In this document: in pieces, positions 28,301-40,692 of the stretch
Layout: each line of letters begins with the position of its first letter
Numbering within the stretch: position 1 is the stretch's first letter
Origin: Octopus vulgaris
Lineage: Eukaryota
Length of the DNA: 64,000 nt
Assembly (NCBI GenBank): GCA_951406725.2
Contig: OX597822.1
Span: 107,074,001 to 107,138,000 of the forward strand
Direction of reading: 5' to 3'
Translations under genes and position numbers: made by a program
Notes under the pieces: generated by a model
Database searches by the model: none
Told to the model about the DNA's origin: nothing
Seen by the model: the letters and a program-made list of their open reading frames with translations, nothing else

Positions 28301-28384
28301 GGCATTAAGCAGAAATGTTGAGGCGAGAGTGGATGGTTTTAATTGTTTTGGTGATTTGTTTATTTGATTGCTTTTTAATGGCAT
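25334..28384 (-). CDS. LINE ORF2p: APE endonuclease plus reverse transcriptase
   Basis: LTETHL, YRPP, MGDFN and SDH (APE); NYRPISLTS, YLDFSKAFDRVDH, SGVPQGTVLGPLLF and FADD (RT). Confidence 0.97.
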   Translation of the reverse strand: MPLKSNQINKSPKQLKPSTLASTFLLNAQGISPSTNTQKWKIRFLEDWVEAHPNHIPFFVLTETHLSDLHLEAEVKVKNFKTIRADRVGRRKGGTAIYVHDSFSTEAMNIFSNGYCEAVAVFSQTNNLTVVGLYRPPQTPLPCFKECLNSIKCFIQQCQPDNILMMGDFNLPGVDWSTNSLPPGSSLSTPDREAVESLLDFMDDFFLSQLVLEPTRCHKNVLDLIFSNHTDTIHNIAVEKTLLSDHDMVLCDLRFHWPKCKTNVIPPVHPFDTMDFHNANWEAINNDLAQVDWSFTHTYTPTNIKKSWQSLVDTITNICARHTPLRSANKSKCRIPRNRKSLIRKIKRINKKINMLKYCQQQHTNLTPISSLEIKKHKLQNNMMSIINSQRRAEEAWAIEKIKLNPKVFFSFAKKHRVTGSTVGPLIDENGILQDNAKTMGEILQKQYCSVFNNPDMTDLGCISDVTPQYTLSDITFGAPDVLAAIKEMKHNSAVGPDRFPACVLKMCQNQLALPLANLWRNSLDAGYIPEDLLSQSVIPVFKKGNKSLAVNYRPISLTSHIIKVFERVLRSRMTHFLESHNMLNPNQHGFRNGRDCLTQLLHHFDDILRALGEGSNTDVIYLDFSKAFDRVDHKILLRKLSNIGVTGKLLQWIKCFLSNRTQHVVVEGVKSSPAKVSSGVPQGTVLGPLLFIIYINDITDTIKHSNIRTFADDSKLQKVINGVDDRINLQSDLLAVVQWAEKNNMLLNEDKFELIHFGREDALKLPYSLPSGEILMASNNIRDLGVTVDNNISWATHISSKVDMARRMCSWILRTFQSRDSHAIILLFSTFARPHLEYCCPLWSPYTKQNIMRIEAPQRSITKKIDGMSDLDYWGRLEKLKLYSLQRRRERYIICMMWKIFHQHCPNDVGITFKMHPRLGPRAIRPQQKSKSHHITTIRHNYFTSIGPALFNITPGHVKKKKLTTQNSRSLWTNSFKQYRTNHPHPDMSPQTITLCSNGPWCPNPELKDFARWCY

Positions 28385-29315
28385 GTGTAGTGGGGTAATA
28401 GTGGTGGATGGCGGTGGGTGATAGCTCGGATGTTTTTTTCCAGTTCTTTTGCTAGATTCATTATAGCTAAAAAAGAGGAAGAAGAGGTGGTTTCCTGTCT
28501 AGGGAACCGCAGGTGACTGTGGCCGCGGCTATTTTTATGTGAGTGGTTATCTTTAAATGTCCGACGAGTCCCCGGGAGATGGGTAAAGGGGCAATCCCTG
28601 TGCAAACACAATCTGTCTCGCTGGGAATAGCGGCAGATTTGGGGATTCCTTGTTTGAGATATTGGTGGTTGTGGTGATGTTGTATTATGGTGGTTGCTGT
28701 TGTAGTTTGTGGGGATAGAGCGTTTTGTTCCAGGTAAATGGGTGAATTTGCAGTCTCTATCAGTGCACAGTCTATGGCGAAGAGAATATCGGCAAATGAT
28801 GGGGTTTCGAGTGGGTGTGTAGGTGCGTGTATGTGTGTGAGCTGTGAAAGGTGTAGATGATAGTTTGAAGTTTTGGCGACCTTTGTGACCTGTAGGAGGT
28901 AAATTCCTTGAGATAGCATTAGTAGTAGTAGCTGTAGTAGTAGTAGTAGTAGTAGGTAGAAGAGATGTTGACGGTGGTAATGATTGAGGAGGTCGATTCC
29001 AAGACAAAGATGTTTGTCGATATATAGTGGGAGTAGTACTAGTAGTAGTAAGCAGAGGAGATGGTGTTGACAATGATGATGATTGAGCTGCTGGGGCAGT
29101 GAAAGGAAGGGGTGGTGCTTCCTGCTGTGTGACCCTGATAACTGGGGGGTCAATCGTTTCATTTAGCAAATCAGCCATTGTAGATGAATCAAGGAGTGGT
29201 TCATCCTGTTGTTGTTGTTGAGGTTGTTGTTGTTGCCTCTGAGGTTGTTGCTGCTGAAGTTGTTGTTGTTGCTGTAACTGTTGTTGTTGTTGTTGTTGCC
29301 GCTGAGTTTGTTGTT
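28375..29315 (-). CDS. LINE ORF1p with poly-Q and two CCCH zinc fingers (N-terminus truncated)
   Basis: [19 protein letters not shown] and [19 protein letters not shown]; frame stays open upstream of Met 29178 as Q-rich sequence; overlaps ORF2 by 10 bp. Confidence 0.85.
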
Positions 29316-29342
29316 GTTATATATATATATATATTGTTGTTG

Positions 29343-29379
<37 letters not shown>

Positions 29380-29470
29380 GTGTGTATGTATATATATATG
29401 TATATATATATATATATGTGTGTATGTATATATATATGTATATATATATATATATATATATGTGTGTATG

Positions 29471-29515
<45 letters not shown>

Positions 29516-29524
29516 ATGTATATA

Positions 29525-29565
<41 letters not shown>

Positions 29566-29573
<8 letters not shown>

Positions 29574-29904
29574 ATTAGGGCTTAGTAAAATAAATTACTT
29601 TGCCACATACTGAACTTAGTAGAAATAGCAGCCAAAAAAAATTTTTCTTAGCATTTCTACTACTTATAGAAAATTTCTCTCAGATAATGTTTACTCTAGA
29701 CAGGTCACGAAGGTCTGGGGGTAAATACAGAAAAATATCACAAGTACATAGATCGTTTGAGTACGTCAACGTTTCAAGATTAGCCAAATTATTTTACTAA
29801 GCCCTAATTATATAATGTAATATTTTGAATTCGCCTTAAATGGTCCTTTTACATACTGAACACTTGGTGAAATTGATTAATTAATTAATTTTACCCTCAA
29901 TTGT

Positions 29905-29905
<1 letters not shown>
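29566..29905. repeat. Fold-back element: 28-bp inverted arms plus a conserved flank
   Basis: Arms at 29566-29593 and 29789-29816; flank homologous to 60265-60345. Confidence 0.75.
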
Positions 29906-29949
<44 letters not shown>

Positions 29950-29951
<2 letters not shown>

Positions 29952-30967
29952 GAAGGGCTTCTTTCAGTTTCTATCTACCAGATCCAATCACAAGGCTTTA
30001 GTCGGGGCCCGAGGCTATACTTGTAGACGACCATTTTCGCAAAGTGCCACACGGTGAGACTTAACCCGGCACTTAGTGGTTGAGAAGCAAACTTCTTACC
30101 ACATAGCCACGCCTGCGCTCTTGTGAAATCAAAAATATACAGAAGCGAATACAATAAATAATTTCTAATATTTTAATGGCGTGCAATGAAAAAAATATAT
30201 TTAAAAGCAAATTAGTTAACAACTATCAGCAGGAAGAACTATCTATATTATAAAATTGGAGAAGAGAAATAAAACAGTCTATGGTTAAATATTAATTTGC
30301 TGGCGGAGGATTGTGAGAAAATTTAATGAAATTATAGTTACAGGATGCTAGAATCTGCGTTATAGTAATTAAGAGGCAGACACTGTTAAGATCAAAGCTT
30401 TAGGATTCTATGTGAGTTTTTCATTAAATAAAATTATTTCATGCCAAACCACGCGTTCTGTATTCCTATATATTTTTGTAATATAAATCAGTTTTTAGCG
30501 CATTTTTCATTAAATATTTTTAATTACCTCATACATGCTTTTCAAAATATTTACCGTCCTTTGTGTTACTATAATTTAATTATATTTATTTGTTACCCAA
30601 GCATAGGGTTTCGGATTCAGTCCCATTGCGTGGCACCTTAGAAAAATGTCTTCTACTATAGACTCAGGCCGACCAAAGTTTGTCTTGTGAGTGGAACTAG
30701 TCGTCGGAAACTGAAAGGAGCTCATGTGTATATCTTTTTGTTTGAGTTTGTCTTTTCCTTCACCGCTTGATAGCCAGTGATGGTGTCTTTCCCTCTCCGT
30801 AACCAAACGGTTCGGCAAAAGATTCCGATAGAATAATTATCAAGGTTTACAAAAAAAGTACTGGAGACGACTCGTTTGAGTAAAATTCTTCAAGGCAGTG
30901 CCCCAGCGGGGGCGCAGTCTAATAACTGAAACAAACGATATAAAATATTAGATAAAATTTCAACTCT

Positions 30968-31029
<62 letters not shown>

Positions 31030-31205
31030 ACACAAACACATACACACGACGGCCTTCTTACATTTTCCGTACAAGAAATCCATACGCAAGGCTTTGGTCG
31101 GTCTGAAGCTATAGCAGAATTAACTTTCCTAAGGTGCCGCACAGTGAGACTGAACCCGAATCATGTGATTGGCAAGCAAATTGCTTACCTACCATACAGC
31201 TACAC
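29950..31205. mobile_element. Three diverged SINE-A copies (29950-30118 minus, 30590-30945 plus, 31045-31205 minus)
   Basis: Match to the SINE-A head and body. Confidence 0.75.
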
Positions 31206-31878
31206 CTTTTCCAAAAGTTCATTTACATCAATTTTGTATATCATTTTTTTCCCTTTCCGCCAACATATTTTAGGTTTTAACTAACCGAGCCGTTTCGCAA
31301 CACTTAACTTTAGAGATATTGATTTTCATTTGATGTTTCATCTCTTAAAATATTCCATACAAAAATTTACATATTAATCTCCATTGCAAATATACTCGGT
31401 GACCGAATGCCTATACCATATATGCTAAAATCTCATTACTATTCCTCCTTTTTGCCATATTTTGAGTATGCTACTTGAAAAAGCGTTTCTATGTATTCTT
31501 TTTATACCTTCGCTATACCTTTTTCTACCTTTTACAAAAAAAAAAAAAAAAAAAATACAGCAAAATCAGAAATTGAAGAAATAAAACGCAGCATATTCAA
31601 TACTGCTCCGCTTCATAAGCGGCCAATCAGCAGTATCGACCTACAGATTAAAATGGAAAGGTCTATTTAAATTTTAAAGTCACTGTCACTTTTAAAAAAC
31701 AAACAAAAACAAAAAAAAAATCGTGTACATAATCAAGCACGTGATTAAGAACTCTAAATATACACATATATACACACATAATCGCACGCGCGAATATATA
31801 TATGTGTGTCTGTGAGCGTGCGTGTAAATATATATGCATGCATGCATTTCCCACCTCAACACATGTATGTAAATGTAT

Positions 31879-32470
31879 GGCGGCGAGCTGGCAGAATCGT
31901 TTACACGCCGGGTGAAATGCGTAGCCGTCTTTCGTCTGTCGTTACGTTCTGAGTTCAAATTCCGCCGAGGTCGACTTTGCCTTTTATATCCTTTCGGGGT
32001 CGATTAAATAAGTACCAGTTACGCACTGGGGTCGATATAATCGACTTAATCCTTTGTCTGTCCCTGTTTGTCCTCTCTGTGTTTAGCCCCTTGTGGGTAG
32101 TAAAGAAATAGAAATAGGTATTTCGTCTGCCGTTACGTTCCGAGGTCGACTTTACTTTTCATCCTTTTGGGGCCGATAAATTAAGTACCAGTTACGCACT
32201 GGGGTCGATATAATCGACTTAATCCGTTTGTCTGTCCTTGTTTGTCTCCTTTGTGTTTAGCCCCTTGTGGGTAGTAAAGAAATAGGTATTTCGTCTGTCG
32301 CTATGTTCTGAGTTCAAATTCCGCCGAGGTCGACTTTGCCTTTTATATCCTTTCGGGGTCGATTAAATAAGTACCAGTTACGCACTGGGGTCGATATAAT
32401 TGACTTAACCCGTTTGTCTGTCCTTGTTTGCCTCCTTTGTGTTTAGCCCCTTGTGGGTAGTAAAGAAATA
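31879..32470 (+). mobile_element. SINE-B 3-unit array with one TSD
   Basis: Junctions gaaatag|gtatttcgtctg at 32117/18 and 32285/86; TSD tatgtaaatgta flanks the whole array. Confidence 0.93.
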
Positions 32471-32499
32471 TATATGTAAATGTACACATCCTGCGAGCA

Positions 32500-32794
32500 C
32501 GTGAAATATTGTTTAGGCTGTTGTATACACGATAGCAAGATCGAAGTTTCGACTCCCAGACTAGGCCTCAGGTTGTGTTCTTCAGTGAAACACTTCGCTT
32601 CACGTTGCTCCGGCAGGGGGTGGTGGCGATCCCTGCTGTACTCTTTCGCCACAACTTTCTCTCACTCTTTCTTCTGTAGGCCTGCTCGCTTAGCTAGCGG
32701 GATGGCGTCCTTTGAAGGCTGAAACAATGCATAGCGCATTGTGACCGGTGATGTGTAGCAACATCTGATAGCCTGGTCGGTCATGGTGATCCCA

Positions 32795-32797
<3 letters not shown>
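32500..32797 (+). mobile_element. SINE with C-type body and tail 2 (diverged head)
   Basis: ctccggcagggggtggtggcgatccc...gcctggtcggtcatggtga. Confidence 0.8.
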
Positions 32798-32843
<46 letters not shown>

Positions 32844-32887
32844 CATATTCCACGTATATTTGCATGTGTGTGTGAAGGCATGTGTGT

Positions 32888-33242
32888 GAAGGCACATGGT
32901 TAGAGCGTCGAGTTTACGATCGTGAGGTTGTGAATTCGATTCCCGGACCGGGCTGTGTGTTATGTTCTTGAGCAAGACACTTAATTTATGTTGTTCCAGT
33001 TCACTCAGCTGAAGAAATGAGTTGCGACGTCACAGATGCCAAGCTGTATCGGCCTTTGCCTTTCCCTTGGACAACATCGGTGACGTGGAGAGGGGAGGGT
33101 GGCATGCATGTGCGACTGCTGGTCTTCCATGAAAAGGACCCTAGGTTGAGAACTCACTGGTGCGGCGACTTTCCACCTAGACTTCTACCCCGGAGAGGAA
33201 TCTCCTAGTTGCACCCATGGTCATCCGTGACCAACGGAGTCG
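32888..33242 (+). mobile_element. SINE family D
   Basis: tRNA-like head tggttagagcg...attcgattccc; body gttcttgagcaagacactt; homologous to 38220-38495. Confidence 0.8.
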
Positions 33243-33256
33243 AGTTTATACATATA

Positions 33257-33322
<66 letters not shown>

Positions 33323-33889
33323 CATACATAGACTATCAGATGTTGTTAAACATCTCTGGTCACAATGCGCTTCGTCCCATTCTTAGAATTTTCAAATGAG
33401 GGAGTGTGGGTTGCTTGACTAACATTCCCTCTGAACGGAACATCTGTCCATTGCAGGGTGGACTGGCGCAACGTGAAACGAAATGTTTTTTTCTAAAGAA
33501 AACAGCGTATCATCCGGTCTGGGAATCAAACCCCACATTCCTACGGTGAACACCACGGCACGCACTTAGACACACAAACACACACACAATGGATGGACAA
33601 TTATATATGACAGAGATTGATTTATATAGGATGATCCATTGCTACATCGTTACGTATACAGACCGTATTACATTTTCAAATTACAACATCAAGATAATCG
33701 ATAAAAATCTTGTATTTCGAATCGCTTCTTGTGATATCCAATATGTCACACTCCCAAATGACTTACTGCTTCCCCTGATTGTCTAACCAAGTTTTCTCTA
33801 TTCGAGAAATGCATTTCATATAGGAAACATTTATTCCGTTTCATTTTTTTATGTCATTTCCACGCTTATTGTAACATCTCCTCAACAAT

Positions 33890-34147
<258 letters not shown>

Positions 34148-34417
34148 TTGCTTTGCGATATTCTTGATGTGTAAACGTTTGTTCAAACGGATGTTGTGAA
34201 ACTTGGGGATGGTGAGACAGGACGGAGTAAGCATGACAAGAGGAGACACATAGAACAGAAAGTCACTGATGAGGTCACAAAATATCTGACAAAAGAACTT
34301 TGACAGACATATAACATAAAGGTAATACGAATAAGAATAAAATGAAGACCAGATTTATAGTGTGTGCTTAAATGACAAAACAATTACTTTCACCAATAAT
34401 AACAATATACATACATA

Positions 34418-34477
<60 letters not shown>

Positions 34478-34495
34478 TCTGGTCGGTCACGTGAT

Positions 34496-34554
<59 letters not shown>

Positions 34555-34564
34555 GTCACGTGAA

Positions 34565-34597
<33 letters not shown>

Positions 34598-34655
34598 AAT
34601 TCATTTACTCTGCTATGTATTGAGTACCTTATTTACTGTGGTTAACCCCGACTCA

Positions 34656-34956
34656 ACGTGATCACGCGACCGACCAGACCATCAGATGCTGCTACACATC
34701 GCTGGTCACAATGCGTTCGCATTGTTTTAGCCTTCGAATGACGCCACCCCGCTGGCTAAGCGAGCAGGCCAACAGAAGAAAGATTGAGAGAAAGAGTGGT
34801 GAAGGAGTACAGCAGGGATCACCACCCCCTGCCGGAGCCTTGTGGATCTTTTAGGTGTTTTCGCTCAACAAACACACACAACGCCCGGTCTGGGAATCGA
34901 AATCGCGAACCTACGACCGCGAGTCCGCTGCTCTTACCACTGGGCCATTGCGCCTC

Positions 34957-34958
<2 letters not shown>
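34656..34958 (-). mobile_element. SINE-C, tail type 2
   Basis: Full head plus tail 2. Confidence 0.9.
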
Positions 34959-35006
<48 letters not shown>

Positions 35007-35007
<1 letters not shown>

Positions 35008-36278
35008 CACGAAGGAATACACAAAATTAACCGGAAGCGTTCTTTGTGGGACAAGCCCGTTGGAGTTCAGGCTTCTGCCGTTAGAAACATCGTGATGCGA
35101 CCCTCGGGCATTAGTATGCCGACCGGGGCCGTCGCGTGGAGTTGTATTGCCATGTAGTGCATCCTTGTTTTTGCAGTTGTTCTCCTCTGTTCATCAATTT
35201 TTACGATGTCTGGAACGAAGGGACAAAGTGCTTCCGTGAAATTTTGTTTCCTGCTGAGGAAAGCAGCGGCGGAACAATTGTCATGCTTCAAAACAACTCG
35301 CAAGGATGCTACCATGAGCAAAACGCAAGTTTACGAGTGGTTTTCACATTTTTAGGAATGGCTACTTTTTCCTCGAAGACCAACGTCGTTCAGGGCGACC
35401 TTTGACATCCCGAATGAATGAAACCGTCATGAGGATTGTCGCCGAAGAATTGAGGAACTTATAAATATGACTGATGTGTACTGGAGCGCCTCTCAAAGAA
35501 TTTTGAGCGAGGAATTGCGAATGAAAAGAATTGCAGCAAAATTTGTGCCTCACTTACACACAGAGAATCGAAAGCAGTCACGACTGAATGCGTGTCATGA
35601 CTGAAAAAAGAGATGGAAGTTGATCCGGACCTTTTCTTTCGAAGGTCATCACTGGTGACAAAAGCGGGTGCTATTTATGACAGGAATGACGTTGATTGAA
35701 GCATTCAATATTACCACGCCCACAAAATTACGTCAAGTGAAGTCTGTTGTCAAGACGATGCTAATTTATTTCAGCGATGCGAAAGGAATTGTCCACATAG
35801 TATTTGTTTCATTCTGGAACAAATATCTGTTAACCAAACATTTTACTTGGCAGTTCTGAAGCGTTTACAAGATGCCGTGAGACGAAAACGCCCTGACCAG
35901 TGGCAAAGTGGAGAGTGCTGGTTTCCTCAGAACAATACACCATCGCACACCGCCTTGAATATAAGTCAGTTTTTGATCGAAAATGGCATCACCCTGTTTC
36001 CCCCCCTATTCACCCGATCTTGCTCCCATCAACTTTTTTTGTCCCCACCGAAAACGTTTTGCAGATGTGGAAGAGGTGAAGAAAGAACGACGGAGGCGTT
36101 AAAAGGCATCACTTTACAAGAGTTCTAGGACTGCTTCGAACAGTGGCAAAGATGTCCGGGCCGAGGTATTGCTTCAAATGGAGAATACTTTGGAAGGCAA
36201 TAAAAGCGTAAACATCTAAAGCTAAATGAATGAAATAATATTGCAAAATTGCGGTTACTTTTGGGTACCCCCTCGTGC
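35007..36278 (+). mobile_element. Full-length decayed mariner with TIRs
   Basis: Ends cacgaaggaatacacaaaattaaccg and the reverse complement cacgagggggtacccaaaagtaaccg; transposase remnants FVPHL, VITGD, QNNTPSH and PYSPDLAP. Confidence 0.88.
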
Positions 36279-36314
36279 ATATACAGTCAATAAATTTACA
36301 CAATGAATTTTATA

Positions 36315-36720
36315 GGTGTAGGAGTGGCTGTGTGGCAATTAGGTTGCTTACGAACCACGTGGTTCCGGGCTCAGTCCCACTGCATGGCACCTTCGGCAAG
36401 TGTCGTCTATTATAGCCTCGAGCCGACCAAATCCTTGTGAGTGGATTTGGTAGACGGAAACTGAAAGAGGCCCGTCGTATATATGTATATTTATATATGT
36501 GTGTGTGTGTGTAGATGTTTGTGTGTCTGTTTGTCCCCCCAACATCGCTCGACAACCGATGCTGGTGTGTTTACGTCCCCGTAACTTAGCGCTTCGGCAA
36601 ATTAGACCGATAGAATAAGTACTAGGCTTACAGGGAATAAGTCCTGGGGTCAATTTGCTCGACTAAAGGTAGTGCTCCAGCATGGCCACAGTCAAATGAC
36701 TGAAACGATTAGAAGAGAGA
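36315..36720 (+). mobile_element. SINE-A full-length copy
   Basis: Matches 8577-8990. Confidence 0.92.
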
Positions 36721-38219
36721 AAGCATATAGGTTTGTTTACTAATCTTACATTAAACTATGCCGTGTAAGAAAACATCAAAACAAAGACAGACAACTCTAT
36801 CTGTATTTACAGAGCATGATGGAGAGGAGAGATGAGGTGTGTAAATTTCAACGACTCTTAAAATATTATGAAATACATTCGCCGCTGTTTTGCTCATTTG
36901 CATACCCGGCCATTCCATTCCTTCGAACTGCAGATTGATAAATTATTGCGTTTAAAGTGCGTGTTTATGAATTTATTTAGAAATAGATTCGTGTGCAGAC
37001 TTTGAATAAACATTTCTATGTTTAAACTACAGAGATTTCTCAACGAAACTCATTGAAGAACAGAACAAATACTTCGCCCCATTATCAGCTTAGCAAGGGT
37101 TTTATATCATCCATTGGAGAGAGCGAGAGAGAGAGAGAGGGGGAGGGAGGGAGAGAGAGGGAAGGAGGGAGAGAAAGACAGATAAAGAGGGAAGGAGCTT
37201 ACAGCATCTTTTTAAATATGTTATACAATGACTGCATTGGTTTTGTTAATTTGCATATCAGTATATTCGATGGCGTGCGGATTAATTAACTAAAATATTG
37301 ATAAAACGCGGCAGCATATTTATCGATAAATTTGATGTGTGCGTTTAATAAACATAGATTTAGAACCGCTGTGCAAATAAGACCATTGGTTAAAATGAGA
37401 GATGATTAATATTCAAAGGGCAGCTAAAGATTTCTTTGATATTGATGTGTATGAGGAAAGATCAAAGCTGATACTAAACGCAAACGATAAAACAAAATTG
37501 TTTCTGGAGGATTAGGGTGGATACTACGGCTTCTAGTTTTTGTGGCGGCTGCAGAGATAACAGAAGGGAAAATGTGCCTGCTATAGTGTCTAATGAAGAA
37601 AAAAAAAACCACCCGAAAACTGATGAATCCCTGTTCGTATCAATGTTATTCCGTGCCATTCAGAGGCGCGATACTGTTGGAAAATGCCGAAATCAACACA
37701 TTCAGTAGGACTTATATGTATTATTTGAAAAGGTTTGATTCGGTTTATGCGACTTAAGTTTCGCGGTCCTCTAACAGAAGCCCATGTCTTTCAGGTTTTA
37801 GATTACTGATTCGTTAAAACCCATAAACACAGACACAGGCACAAACACACACACACACACACATACACGTACAAATGAAGTGTTTTGCTCAAGAACACAG
37901 TGCGTTGCCCAATCAGGAAATCAAGCCTACGATGTGGCCATCGTGAGTGCAACAGCCTCACCACTAGCCCAGGCACCTTCACACACACACGCACACATAT
38001 ATGTATGTATGTATGTATGTATGTATATATGTGTATGTGTATGTACGCGATAGAAACCGGGAAAACGGGCCCATGAGCCTGGCTAAGCTTTAAAAGGGCG
38101 CACTAATTTATTTTTGTATATATATATACACACACGTGTATAATCGATGTAAATTTTTCGAAGGTCTGTATGTTTCATTCTAATTTATTTGCAATTTTTC
38201 TAAGTGTAAATTAAATATA

Positions 38220-38495
38220 CTGTAATACTTATGATGGGTATTTTCATATGTATAAAATGATAGACACGCCCTTAGTTCATGAATGACCACGTGATTATAC
38301 CTAGAAAGTTTCTCCCCCAGGAAAAAACACGAGCAAGGTTGTTTTATGGAAGACCAGCAGTTGCCCATGCATACCAGCCTCCCCTCTCCATGCCACCGAT
38401 GTTATCCAGGAGAAAAGCAAATGCCGATGCAGCTCCGCAACTCAATTCTACATCTGAGTGAACCGGAGCAACGTGAAATAAAGTGTCTTCCTCAT
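38220..38495 (-). mobile_element. SINE-D body
   Basis: Homologous to 32970-33135. Confidence 0.7.
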
Positions 38496-38504
38496 GAACA
38501 CAAC

Positions 38505-38539
<35 letters not shown>

Positions 38540-38542
38540 CAG

Positions 38543-38594
<52 letters not shown>

Positions 38595-39270
38595 GTATAT
38601 ATATATGTATATATATATATATATGTATATACATATATATATATATGTACATACACACACATATATACATATGTATATATGTACGTGTTGATATATATAT
38701 ATATGCATATATGTGTTTATGTGCGTATAAGTGGATGTATGTATCTATATATACATATATACTTGCATATATAAATATACATACATATACATATATACAA
38801 GCATATATATATATATATATGCATGTATATATGTATATACATGCACACAGGAGTGGCTGTGTGGTAAGTAGCTTGCTAACCTCACTGACAGAAGAGTGAC
38901 TTTGCCTACCGTACTACGGTTTGGACGGGTTTTCTTCCCGGTAAGAGTTTTGCTGTGTTGTTAATTGTTGAATTCCTACTACTGAAAATTTGCCTTTAAA
39001 CGTTGCTGAACTGTCTTGTTCTCCGGTTTTACCGGGAAATAATTGAATAATTTCTTACCGTTGAACTGTTAGCCACTGTGGCTTTTTATTTACGTGACTA
39101 TATATAGTCCTGCCAGACTATTTTCGTGCCCCTCCCCCGAATGGGGGTGGGAATTGGAATTTTTGAACTGCTTTTTTGAACTACTTTGGAAGAAAAACTT
39201 TCTATAGGTTTCCCAGTTTTGTGGGAAACCAATACTCGTAATTTTTGTGTTGTCTAATTTCAACAGAATA

Positions 39271-40675
39271 ATGTCTTTTGAAATTATTCACGAAAGTAGT
39301 GCTCTTGAGGAGAGCAATGTTAAAAAATTTTCTGAGGTAGCCGCAGTGGCTACCGAGAGCATTGACATCGATGTCAACCAGCTCGTCGAGCTATTTAAAA
39401 GAATGCAAGAGGAGGGTGGTGATGTTAAAATATCACTCTCCGCCAGTATCGTGGAGACCGAGAAGCGGACCGTAGTGTTTAAAACTTTCTGTCCATAAAG
39501 CAGAAGGTTCAAACACTTTGAAAAAAGCTCTATCGAGAAATGCCTGTCCCCGATTTGGAAGGACATCGTGTACGTCGCCAGGGGACGGGCATATGGCACT
39601 GTGGATGTCCGCTTCTCGGGGAAGAAATGGCCCGCGGGCATTCTGTGAACCCCCTAAAAACCAAGGAGGTGGTACTTTTTCCAAGCTATAGGGGACGCAG
39701 GACGTCCCGGGTCAGGATTGTAGAAGCCCCGCCGGAAGTAGATCCGGTAGAGGTAGTGGCCGCCCTATTATATAAAAGGGCGGACAAAATAAAAATGCTA
39801 GAAGTAACATGCTCTACCCCTCGATTTTGGCTCGGGTGTAACATTAATATATTAATTCAAGGAACAGCGGAAGACCTGCAGCACCTTCCTGAGAGGGTGC
39901 TCGTGGGCGAGAACGTAGCCCTCAGGGTACAGGTCGAAGGCCGAAAACTCACCTGTTACGCCTGCGGCAAAAGGGCCACATTCGTGTAGACTGTCCAGAC
40001 AAGCAAAAGAAACCGCAGACACCAGGCCCCTCAGATAATAAAAAAGTCCCTACCCTTGCAAACACACCTACCCCTACAAAAGCAAAAAAAATCCCACTCC
40101 TGCTGTTACGGTGCCAACCCCAAAACAGACTGAAGAAAAAACCCAGCCCTCGCACTCACAAACCCCTACACTATTAAAACCTCTCACCCCCCTAAAAACT
40201 GCGGCGCCTATCGAACAAACTATTGCTACCCCAGACGATACCATGGAGGTATCAGAGGGGGGATTTACACCAGTTCGTAAAAGAATTCGTGCAGCATCCC
40301 CGTCCACATCCCCTACAAAAAATAATAAAAACAAAGACACACCACAGACACGAAAAAAAAAATCCCGCTCAACTGGCCCAGAAAAAGAAGACAAAAAAAA
40401 AAAATAAACTCATATTAATTGAATTCGACACACAAGAAAAATACATAAACGATATTGTGGTTCAGCATCAGTCAGCAAGACTGTACAACAAATACAAAGA
40501 TCGAAATAGACACGCGTGGATTGCGGAAACAACGTTCAAACAATTAAAAGACAGACACCCAAACGCCATCCGGCATATCGCGAACTTGCCGGACTATCTG
40601 AAGAAAGAGGAGAAAGAAGGGGCCCACAAACGTGTGGTGAGGTCGGCCCCCACCTCTCCAACGAAATGTAAGTAG
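39271..40675 (+). pseudogene. Tx1 ORF1 (gag-like, CCHC knuckle), frameshifted
   Basis: Consecutive ORF fragments; CYACGK/GHIRVDC knuckle spans a frameshift near 39970; K/P/T-rich C-terminus. Confidence 0.8.
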
Positions 40676-40692
40676 AACTTTTACTTTTTGTA

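Larger units (their letters stand above)
25287..29318 (-). mobile_element. CR1-group LINE, near intact, 5'-truncated within ORF1
   Basis: ORF1, ORF2 and a short 3' UTR with TTCTAAGTTA tail; TA repeats at both ends. Confidence 0.95.

Noticed and set aside
25808-28367. Plus-strand ORFs overlapping LINE ORF2, and minus-strand ORFs over Tx1
   Set aside because: Antisense shadows of real coding frames, with no independent motifs.
37200-37420. Cluster of octamer (ATTTGCAT), homeobox-like and CCAAT-like motifs
   Set aside because: Such short motifs are expected by chance in AT-rich DNA, and there is no linked gene.
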